64,000 nucleotides of DNA from Deltaproteobacteria bacterium (GTDB lineage Bacteria; Myxococcota_A; Polyangia; Fen-1088): assembly GCA_033763315.1 (NCBI GenBank), contig JANRKS010000035.1, positions 1 through 64,000 on the forward strand, written 5' to 3'. Position 1 is the stretch's first letter, and each line of letters starts with the position of its first letter. The position numbers and the translations under genes were made by a program. Below the pieces are notes generated by a model that was given only the letters and a program-made list of their open reading frames with translations, was not told where the DNA came from and did not search any database. This document shows, in pieces, positions 30,501 through 37,517 of this stretch.

Positions 30501-31492
30501 GGCTAGCCGCAACGCAAACGCTGGGCAAGCTCGCGCCACAGGCCCCCGAACTCGCGCTGTCGGGGCTCTTAGAGCTGGTCCGTAGCCCTGAAGCAAGCAC
30601 GCGCCAAGCCGCGCTCGCGGCGTTGACCACCGCTGGCAAAGCGGGCGTGAAAGTCGATAAACCGGATGAAGCGATCAAGACTTTGGAGCCGCTGCTGGCC
30701 AAAGGTGATCAGGTCGAGCGGCGGCAAGTGGTGTTGGCCGCGTCGGCCTTGCAGCTGGCGCCATTGGTTCGTCTGGCAGCGCTCGACCGCGACGATGCCG
30801 TGCGCATCGAAGCCTTGCGCGGGGCCGCGGCGTTGGTGCCGCCCGCGATCGATTTGTTGCGCGCCGCCGCCGACAACGGCCCGCCGCAGCTGAAGACCGA
30901 AGCGATGACGCTGTTGATCCACACCGGTGGTGAAGCGGCCGCTCAGGTGTTGCCGATCTTCGAGGGCATGGTGCGGGCTGGCGATCTGGAACTGCGCCGC
31001 ACAGCTGCGCTCGGGTTGGGTGAGCTTGTGGGCGCTGAAACCGAAGCTGTTCAGGTGCTGGGGCAATTGATGAACAGCCGCAGTGAGACGATCCGCCGCA
31101 GCGTCGCCGAGGCTCTATCGGCCGTGGCGGGCCGCCAAGCCACGTTGGCCCGGCCGTTGTTGGAACAAGCGTTGACAGATCCCGCTCACGACGTGCGCGA
31201 AGCGGCGAGCCGCGGCCTAGCGGTGGCGTGGGCCAACGATCAAAAGCCGAACGACTTGGCGGCGGTGTTGATCAGCTCCGAAGCTGACAGCCGACGCCGC
31301 TTCGTTGCGCTTGAAGCGCTCGTGCGAAAAGCAAAGAACGCCCAGGCGCGGCCTGAAGTGGATAAGGCGCTTGAAGCCGTCGCGCAAACCGGACCGCCCT
31401 TGGCCCGCTTGGCGGCGCAAGTGGGTAAGGCCTTCATCGATAGGCCCGCAAGTGAGTTGCGCGCTTTCTTAGATCGCCTCCTGGGAACATAA
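27554..31492 (+). CDS. nSTAND1-like P-loop NTPase, TM segment and long HEAT-repeat region
   Basis: PFRG..PF...FFGR, Walker A GPSGVGKTS, Walker B-like LMLDHLE, TM at about 28772-28837, many D....VR..AA..L repeats. Start moved to ATG 27554. Confidence 0.85.
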   Translation: MILSGVVATGPFRGALPFDESGSSVFFGRQSELESLYSQVTQEGVRVSALTGPSGVGKTSLLRAGLHPILASEGMLGIYVGDYENLDQEVTQAASRSRAQPPGQGELMSDYVARLAHAAPGGAVLMLDHLETVVSDAAPAGSREKLSTFLAGVLSAGGTKLRLLFSVDSDAYHLLGRLLPRSVLAATGSTFELRNFDEDQAAAVIEQTALQTGTFIEAGLASRISTDLCRKGRCFPLDLQMVARTMMDLRLTSIRRYERSGGATMLSQTFFDRVVAEAGGRTGLRVLLDVIGHGLSTIDEIATRNHLAKAEVERAVSTFVGRGVFGKREGERADRFAFLHPALAERAAAYCALDRAKVDRIRRRLRQRVLAGQRLTVPELVSVWRHLGRALSVEEQNTCKRSIRRKVFNVSLTGLVLVALVVVLFIELRSSYSLDFEPKESLGQARVVVRMGRPGRPLVSMLPHDPPFGSIVADTGFARAGLAEDLRERIDQGHVTGKLDRAKGHTVPGWLQTVLSGLRPVQRGSAALLLGEPTGIKALQQAFADPVARRETLDVLEVVGQGGAGEEELLAAALSDTTPELRRRGVEVAAAIDRRLGNGAHAATLRAALSDPDPLVRNAVLGACAVLPPSEASDVLRVALTHAEPGMRHQAEDTVLDLAVKAPKEAAMAAASVAQSTDAPTRRNGLELLEKVATNSPKGTDEVLRQLVSDAAAPEDTRVVALRLLRLGGASPEGLRDIVAHAIASDESPRLRAAALPIYARTIEPEAAEELAHNENKGTVQSRAAATAIWAALVQSRPEAASKALKAALFDPAPEVRAEAARALGALRRDAITVLPRTLLDPNVEVLRGGLEASVVMATSNFYAVVEALTKGLRVVRPGWRSDIVQTLGKVGEKRANSVLPPLMRVFKEGPADAKRTVARTLCNLSRFEPQVVSPYLRSVARDTDASVRSAAANCLDVLAASDPKGAARLARELAQAEDATVRLAATQTLGKLAPQAPELALSGLLELVRSPEASTRQAALAALTTAGKAGVKVDKPDEAIKTLEPLLAKGDQVERRQVVLAASALQLAPLVRLAALDRDDAVRIEALRGAAALVPPAIDLLRAAADNGPPQLKTEAMTLLIHTGGEAAAQVLPIFEGMVRAGDLELRRTAALGLGELVGAETEAVQVLGQLMNSRSETIRRSVAEALSAVAGRQATLARPLLEQALTDPAHDVREAASRGLAVAWANDQKPNDLAAVLISSEADSRRRFVALEALVRKAKNAQARPEVDKALEAVAQTGPPLARLAAQVGKAFIDRPASELRAFLDRLLGT

Positions 31493-31499
31493 GGCGTGG

Positions 31500-32069
31500 T
31501 TGAGAGATTGGACGACTGGACGACCGCGCGCTAGCGTCGAGCCCGTGGGCAAACTCGACGAGCCGGGGCTTGATGCACTTGTGGCCGCTGGATGCACAGC
31601 GTGTGGCCACAAGCGCCTGCTTTTTCGCTCGTATTTGGATGCACACTTGCCGCTCATGGGCGGCGAGCCGGTGGGCACCTATACGTGGGCGTACGATGGT
31701 GAGAAGTTTATCGACGGTGTGTTCGAGGTGACGTGCGCCTCATGCCAACACGTCATGTTCACCGACGGCGATTGCCCGCGCTGCCATGCCGTGGGCCTGT
31801 TGCAAACCGCTTTGGCCAGCACCAACCGCTGGCCTGCGCCCCGCGTGTGTGGTGCTTGTGACGGCGAAGAGTTTCGCTTCACCGCCATGGTGCCCGCGCG
31901 TGTGGCTTACGAAGGTCGACGCGCCGAAAAGCCGCACACAACCACCGAAATGCACGAAGCCGGCTTTCACGCCTATGCCGCCACCTGCCTTGACTGCGGC
32001 GAAGCTTCGCTGGCAAACGGCGCCTGCCCGCTGTGCGATCAGCCGGGGCCGCTGCGCGAGCGGCCTTGA
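31500..32069 (+). CDS. Cys-rich putative zinc-binding protein (six CxxC motifs)
   Basis: CTAC, CASC, CPRC, CGAC, CLDC, CPLC. Starts 7 bp after the NTPase-HEAT stop. Confidence 0.7.
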   Translation: MRDWTTGRPRASVEPVGKLDEPGLDALVAAGCTACGHKRLLFRSYLDAHLPLMGGEPVGTYTWAYDGEKFIDGVFEVTCASCQHVMFTDGDCPRCHAVGLLQTALASTNRWPAPRVCGACDGEEFRFTAMVPARVAYEGRRAEKPHTTTEMHEAGFHAYAATCLDCGEASLANGACPLCDQPGPLRERP

Positions 32070-32093
32070 TCGGCAGCTGGCGCGTCCGCGCTT

Positions 32094-33008
32094 TCATTTT
32101 GCCAGTTCAGCCATCTCTGCGCCTGACAGAGCGCGCTTGTAAAGGCGTAGTTCGTCGACCAGCCCGTTGAACGTTTCCGATAACGCACCACTGGCGTCGT
32201 TCTGGTTGGCGCACACAACCACCGCAGAGGTGCTGGTGCCGAAGCTCCCGCTTGCGTTGCCGATGGCCACCTGGGTTCCGTTGACGTAAAAGCGCAGCAT
32301 CGTGCCGTCGTATGTGGCGCCGAGGTGCGACCAAGTGCCCGTGGCCAAGGCCGAAGGTGATTGCAGCGATCCCACGTCTCCAATGAATCCAGGCACGGCG
32401 TTCGTGAAACCAAGCCAGTAGTGCTCCGCCAATCCGGTGCCTTTTTGCCGCGAAAACACCACGGAATAACGGTTCGTCAGAGCAGCGGGCTTGACCCACG
32501 CGGCAATGGTGATCGCATTTGTGACTTCATTGAAGCTCGTTGAATTGTTGGCCGTGAGCCCGCCTATGCCATCGCACTTCACAGCACCGGCGGATTTGCC
32601 TGCCACCCAGGCGCTGCTGGGCTGCAGCGTCACAAGGGTTGCGTCGTTCGCTTTGCCCGAATCGTCTTTCGCCACAGTCGCTGTGCCAGTTTGATCAAAC
32701 TTCCAATACCCGATCAGCCCTGCGGCCAGCGTTGATGCCCCACCCATGTTCATGGCGCCGCCCGTGTTCATCGCGCCACCCATGTTCATCGCGCCGCCGG
32801 TGTTCATCGCGCCGCCGGTGTTCATTGCGCCGCCGGTGTTCATTGGTCGACCGCCCCCACCGCCGCTGCCTGCCGCACCTGAGGCGTCGCTTGCGACGCT
32901 GCCATCGGTGAGATCGTCGACCCCCGAGGGACGGCCCTCAGGCGCGCACGCGATCAGAGCGAACAACAACGGCAGCGTTGGTGTCAGGCTTGGTAACCAC
33001 TTTGACAA
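32094..33008 (-). CDS. LamG-like jellyroll domain lipoprotein
   Basis: Lipobox LIAC, GLIGYWKFD, W.HL.ATYDG, F.GLVDELRLYKRALS. Confidence 0.88.
   Translation of the reverse strand: MSKWLPSLTPTLPLLFALIACAPEGRPSGVDDLTDGSVASDASGAAGSGGGGGRPMNTGGAMNTGGAMNTGGAMNMGGAMNTGGAMNMGGASTLAAGLIGYWKFDQTGTATVAKDDSGKANDATLVTLQPSSAWVAGKSAGAVKCDGIGGLTANNSTSFNEVTNAITIAAWVKPAALTNRYSVVFSRQKGTGLAEHYWLGFTNAVPGFIGDVGSLQSPSALATGTWSHLGATYDGTMLRFYVNGTQVAIGNASGSFGTSTSAVVVCANQNDASGALSETFNGLVDELRLYKRALSGAEMAELAK
32736..32843 (-). repeat. Six 18-bp tandem repeats encoding MN(T/M)GGA
   Basis: Near-identical gtgttcatcgcgccgccg units visible on the + strand. Confidence 0.92.
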
Positions 33009-33173
33009 GTCCGAACTCCTTGCAACGAGTCGTCAGCAGCGGCGAGCTTCTTTTTTGCTCAACGTCCCATCATATCACAATTTGTAACAGAGGTGTCGTA
33101 TCGAAGAGGCCTCCATGCCCAGTCCAGATCTTTACATTGGCGCACCGAGGGCAGCTCCGCCGTCGTAAAACGC

Positions 33174-33213
33174 AAAAACGCGGGCAAGCTCGCATGAGCC
33201 GCCCGCGCTTTTT
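33174..33213 (-). terminator. Rho-independent terminator
   Basis: CGCGGGC...GCCCGCG stem flanked by A and T tracts, 11 bp after the stop of the 33225..34025 gene. Confidence 0.75.
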
Positions 33214-33224
33214 GAAACTGAGAC

Positions 33225-34025
33225 TTAGTTACCGACGGATGCGTCGGCGCCGCTGGCCGCGCCACCGCCGAACACGCTGCACTGGCTGGCAAGGTTAATC
33301 GTGCTTGAGCAAGCGCCGAGGAACGGATCGCACACGAGGCCGGCAGCACAGTCACCATCGCCGGTGCACTTGTCGCCCGTGGCCAATCGTTCTTTACACG
33401 CGCCTGCGACACAACGAAGGCTTTCCAAGCACGGCTTTGTTGCGTCGCAGGCGCTGTTCGACGCACCACGCGCGGTGCACTTATAAAAAGCATCCGCCTT
33501 GCCACAATACTGGCCCGCGCCACATTGCTCGCCAGGGTTCGAACAAAGCGCATCAATCCCAACCACCTTTGCGGGGCCACAAACGCCTTTGTCGCAAATG
33601 AGGCCCGCTTCGCAATCAAGTCCGATGTTGCAGGTGTCGCCCGCCTTGCCCACGCCTTCGAAGGTGCGGGAGCAGGTCTCTCGCAAGCTTTGCCAGTTTT
33701 GCGCCGTGATGATCGCGGTGAACAAGCGCTTGCTGTCCGAAATGCACTTGAGCCCTTTGGCCTCTCGGAACACGCGCGCGGGCGGCATCTTGAGGGCGTT
33801 GGCTTCTTGCACGCAGTTGCCTTTGCGTGTGGAGATGCAGGCGGTTTTCTGCGAATCGCTGAAAGCACAAGCAGCCAGGCCGTCACATTCGGCCGCAGCC
33901 CTTTGGTTACAGTAAACGTCTTCGGTGAACGGTTCGCCGCTGTCACCACCACCACATGAAGCAAGGCTCATAAGCCCCGCGATTGCTGAAAGCACGATCT
34001 TTGTTTTCGTCATGATAACTCCCAA
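33225..34025 (-). CDS. Cys-rich lipoprotein (myxobacterial disulfide-repeat type)
   Basis: Lipobox LASC. Repeated G..C.....C..GL.C....C units. Confidence 0.8.
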   Translation of the reverse strand: MGVIMTKTKIVLSAIAGLMSLASCGGGDSGEPFTEDVYCNQRAAAECDGLAACAFSDSQKTACISTRKGNCVQEANALKMPPARVFREAKGLKCISDSKRLFTAIITAQNWQSLRETCSRTFEGVGKAGDTCNIGLDCEAGLICDKGVCGPAKVVGIDALCSNPGEQCGAGQYCGKADAFYKCTARGASNSACDATKPCLESLRCVAGACKERLATGDKCTGDGDCAAGLVCDPFLGACSSTINLASQCSVFGGGAASGADASVGN

Positions 34026-34130
34026 TGATTAGAGGGGTCGATTTGACCCCAAAGGGCATCCAAAGGCAAGGCGGCCCCAAAAGCAAGCCTTGCCCTGCAT
34101 GCGTGTTCCACTGCGTTTTTTGTAAGTCGT

Positions 34131-35690
34131 TTATTTTGCGTAGTCCGTGGCGCGCGTTTCGCGCACAACAGCCACTTTGATTTGACCGGGAAACGACAGC
34201 TCTGATTCAACCTTGCGGGCGATGTCTTTGGACAGCAGCCGGGCCTGATCGTCACTGATCCGGCTGTTTTCAACCAAAACGCGCACTTCGCGGCCCGATT
34301 GAATCGCGTAAGCCTTCGATACCCCGGGGAAACTGGTTGCGATGTGTTCAAGATCGCCCAAGCGCTGAACGTACGATTCCAACATCTCGCGCCGCGCCCC
34401 CGGCCGCTGACCAGACAACACATTCGCCGCATCAACAAGATGGTCAAACACATCAGTGGCCGCCACATCTTGGTGATGGGCTTCAATCGCATGGCAAACC
34501 ACGGGTGGCTCGCCAAACTTTCGGGCCACAGCGGCGCCCACCTGCGCGTGCCCACCTTCCATCTCCTGCTCCACAGCTTTGCCCACGTCGTGCAAAAGGC
34601 CCGCGCGGCGAGCCAACTTCACATTAAGGCCCAGCTCACCCGCCATGGTGCCAGCGAGGTAGGCCACTTCGATCGAGTGCTGCAAAAGGTTCTGCGCGTT
34701 ACTTGATCGGAACTTCAAGCCCCCCAGCAAATTCAAAAGCTCGGGATGCATTTTTCCCAAGCCCAGATCAAACAGCGCTTGTTCAGCGGCGTCGCGACAT
34801 TGCTGCGCGACTTCTTCTTCCGCTTTGAGCACCATCTCTTCGATGCGCGACGGGTGGATGCGCCCGTCAGCGATCAGCCGTGTCAAAGCAATGCGTGCGA
34901 TCTCTCGGCGCACGGGATTGAAGCACGAAATGACAACGGCCTCAGGCGTATCATCGATGATGAGATCGATGCCCGTGGCCGCTTCAAGCGCGCGAATGTT
35001 GCGACCTTCGCGACCAATGATCCGCCCCTTCATATCATCCGAAGGCAGCGGCACCGTTGATACCGTGCGCTCGGTGACGTACTCGCTCGCGTACCGTTGA
35101 ATGGCGGCGCCCAGCACCATGCGCGACTTCTCTTCAGCTTCCTTGCGCGCGCTATCTTCAATGCGCCGCACGTCGGCGGCCGCCGCCAGACGTGCTTGTT
35201 CACGTTCTGCTTCTTCCAAGGCGGCGCGCGCTTCTTCGGCGTTCATACCGGCCACACGTTCAAGCTTCGCGCGTGCTTCGGCCGATAAAGCGGCGGCATT
35301 TTTCGACACCGCTTGTGCGGCTTCTTCTCGCGCTTCTAGATCTTTGAGCTTGCGACGCAGGCTTTCTGATTCGGACTCGACCTCTTTTTCGCGTCGGTCC
35401 AAAGCGTCGGCCTTGGCTTGTGCTTCGCCTAGTTGACGTTGCACCTCGGCTTGTTGCGTACGCAGTGACTCCTCGAGTGAAGCACGCGTTTTTCTCGCGG
35501 CTTCCTGCGCGTCGAGTTCCGCTTGTTTGCGGATCGTCTGCGCCTCGGCGTGAGCCGCCTCAAGCAGACGGCGTTTTTCTTCTTCGCCTTGGGGCATGGG
35601 CTTTGGCTTGCCTGCACGGCCAGCCACGAAGGCCACGAGGCCCGCGAACATGGCTGCCACGGCAGCCACCAGGAATGTGAATGCGGTCAT
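34131..35690 (-). CDS. rny: Ribonuclease Y
   Basis: N-terminal TM, coiled coil, KH motif KGRIIGREGRNIR, HD motif HDVGK, C-terminal PGQIKV.V.RE.RA..YAK. Confidence 0.96.
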   Translation of the reverse strand: MTAFTFLVAAVAAMFAGLVAFVAGRAGKPKPMPQGEEEKRRLLEAAHAEAQTIRKQAELDAQEAARKTRASLEESLRTQQAEVQRQLGEAQAKADALDRREKEVESESESLRRKLKDLEAREEAAQAVSKNAAALSAEARAKLERVAGMNAEEARAALEEAEREQARLAAAADVRRIEDSARKEAEEKSRMVLGAAIQRYASEYVTERTVSTVPLPSDDMKGRIIGREGRNIRALEAATGIDLIIDDTPEAVVISCFNPVRREIARIALTRLIADGRIHPSRIEEMVLKAEEEVAQQCRDAAEQALFDLGLGKMHPELLNLLGGLKFRSSNAQNLLQHSIEVAYLAGTMAGELGLNVKLARRAGLLHDVGKAVEQEMEGGHAQVGAAVARKFGEPPVVCHAIEAHHQDVAATDVFDHLVDAANVLSGQRPGARREMLESYVQRLGDLEHIATSFPGVSKAYAIQSGREVRVLVENSRISDDQARLLSKDIARKVESELSFPGQIKVAVVRETRATDYAK

Positions 35691-36352
35691 GATGATCGTT
35701 CAGTTAATGGTTTTGAGTTGGCGCACCGGATGACCTGTTGGTCTGTGACAACCCAATCAACAAATACATCCAACGGTTCAACGGGGCAGCGCGCGACAAT
35801 CTGAAAATCGAACCCGACGCCCAAAAGCAGCGGCCTAGCCAGGGGTGGCAAGCGCCCTAAGGCTTCGTCATAGAAGCCTCCGCCCCATCCCAACCGGGCC
35901 CCGGTTCGATCGAAAGCGAGCCCAGGAACCAAAATGGCGTTCAACGACTCAATCGGCACCACAGGGGCTGAGGCCACGGGCTCGCGTAGACCGAACGGTC
36001 CTTGCGTCCAATCGCGGGGCCGACACGTTCGGTGAAACATCAAGCGCGGGCGCGATGCCGCCACGCGAGGCCAAGCCAATACGGCGCCAGTGCGTTGACG
36101 TTGCAACAGCGCTGGGTCTGGATCGATCTCGCGACGGATGGCCTGAAACCCAGCCAAAGTGCCTGCGTTCTTGAAAGCCGCAATCGTTAACAAATTTTGT
36201 GCAAGCGCCGCCGACGCCGTTTGCACAAAGGCCGACGTGCACGCCTGCCGTCGCAGAGACATTTCATCTCGCAGGCGACGTTTCAGTTCGGCAACAGGAT
36301 CGACCAAACGGGTCGTGCCGACAGGCGTAGAAGAAGCGGGAGGAAGGGGCAT
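35687..36352 (-). CDS. ygfA: 5-formyltetrahydrofolate cyclo-ligase
   Basis: FGLREP, VPGLAFD..G.RLG.GGGFYD, and PLD..VD.VVT. The start is uncertain (TTG 36307 is possible). Confidence 0.9.
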   Translation of the reverse strand: MPLPPASSTPVGTTRLVDPVAELKRRLRDEMSLRRQACTSAFVQTASAALAQNLLTIAAFKNAGTLAGFQAIRREIDPDPALLQRQRTGAVLAWPRVAASRPRLMFHRTCRPRDWTQGPFGLREPVASAPVVPIESLNAILVPGLAFDRTGARLGWGGGFYDEALGRLPPLARPLLLGVGFDFQIVARCPVEPLDVFVDWVVTDQQVIRCANSKPLTERSS

Positions 36353-36498
36353 GGTGGTATCGGGTCAGTGGGAGGGAAACCCCACGGACGGCCCACTTTA
36401 GCCTCGAACCCCCGGAAAACAGAACACAAATTCGAGCAAAGGTGCGCCAACATAAAGTGCTTTTGGGCACACTGCCAACCGCAACAAACGTGTGGCGG
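36353..36498 (-). ncRNA. Candidate 6S RNA (structured spacer between zapA and ygfA)
   Basis: Occupies the canonical zapA-ssrS-ygfA position. Irregular long hairpin: gcgcacctttgctcgaa pairs with ttcgaggctaaagtgggc, with outer cagtg/cactg. Short for a 6S RNA, and no covariance model was run. Confidence 0.35.
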
Positions 36499-36783
36499 CT
36501 AAACAACGGCGTTGCGTTCGATGAGCTTGAGTAACGCGTCTCCTTTGGCCCGTACCTTCGCCTTGAGCTCGGCCAGAGCCTGCCGTTCGCGGTCGAGCTC
36601 CTCGGCCAGTTGCAACGCCACCAGTATCGCCACCTGCTGGGTGTCGACGCCGCGCCCCCCCTTTTGCACGGCTTTGAACCTCGCGTCCACGCCGGCCGCG
36701 ATCTTGCGCACCTGCTTTTCTTCGCTGTCCGTTCGCAGGCCTATCCGCTGGCCCGCAATTTCCACTGTCAGCGATCGTTTCAT
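36499..36783 (-). CDS. zapA: Cell division protein ZapA
   Basis: VEIAG...L......V..IA..VD, AILVALQLA.EL and a coiled-coil tail. Synteny with ygfA and rny. Confidence 0.88.
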   Translation of the reverse strand: MKRSLTVEIAGQRIGLRTDSEEKQVRKIAAGVDARFKAVQKGGRGVDTQQVAILVALQLAEELDRERQALAELKAKVRAKGDALLKLIERNAVV

Positions 36784-36831
36784 GGCGCGCCGAACACTAA
36801 CACCGGCCGAAGAGCCGCGAAATGTGGATGT

Positions 36832-37230
36832 TTAAGCGTTTCCGAGCGGCTTTGCCGAGACGTTTGTGGCTTCAGGCAAATTGGGCAAACTCGCCAGCAG
36901 CACACGCTCGGCCAAGCTAACGTCCATGAGGCGAATGCCCATGCCCGCGCCCATCGGCGAATCGTTAACCCAACGAACCTCGCCGCGCAGCTCGAGCGGC
37001 TCGGCTTGCGTGGGTAGATAAACCCATAGTCGTGCCATTTCGCCCTGCGAATCAAGGTATTCACTTGAAAAGAACAGGCCTTCGGCACTGACGTCTGTCA
37101 CCGAGCCTTCAAGCGTGAGATTGGAGCTCACGTAGCGAGCGGTCACCGAAACACGACCGCGGCTGACCCTGCGTTTATCGGCGGATCGAGAAAAGGTGGG
37201 GTACATGCGGCTCCGGTGGCGTGTGGCCAT
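36832..37230 (-). CDS. Stand-alone PilZ domain protein
   Basis: RRxxxR-like KRRVSR, DVSAEG (D/NxSxxG), GEVRW, GMGIRL. Start is ATG 37230 or 37206. Confidence 0.82.
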   Translation of the reverse strand: MATRHRSRMYPTFSRSADKRRVSRGRVSVTARYVSSNLTLEGSVTDVSAEGLFFSSEYLDSQGEMARLWVYLPTQAEPLELRGEVRWVNDSPMGAGMGIRLMDVSLAERVLLASLPNLPEATNVSAKPLGNA

Positions 37231-37517
37231 TGTGACCAGAGGCATCTGTGCGTTCAAGTGGAATGTTTGGGCACCAGTACCCCACCTACGACACCGGCCC
37301 GGCAGGAGTTGCCCAGCCAGAGCCTCTCTCGACGCCGTCCAAAGGCGCGGTACGCGGGGCCGCCGGCCGAGTGGAACGCTATTACGCGCAGCGCTAGGCA
37401 AAAACTTCCCACCCCTAGCAAACATCGCTTATAATAGTAAGGACGATTTCTTTCAGCTCGGTCGTTTTTTCCTAGCAGCGGACGAGGCGAAAGCGAAACG
37501 CCACTCGGGTACAGGTC

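Noticed and set aside
31770-31790. CPRCH as a cytochrome c motif
   Set aside because: No signal peptide, and the matching knuckle in the duplicated unit is CPLCD, which favours Zn binding.
34096-34112. Sigma54-like TGGAAC...TGCA upstream of the Cys-rich lipoprotein gene
   Set aside because: The GG-to-GC spacing is one base short of the strict requirement.
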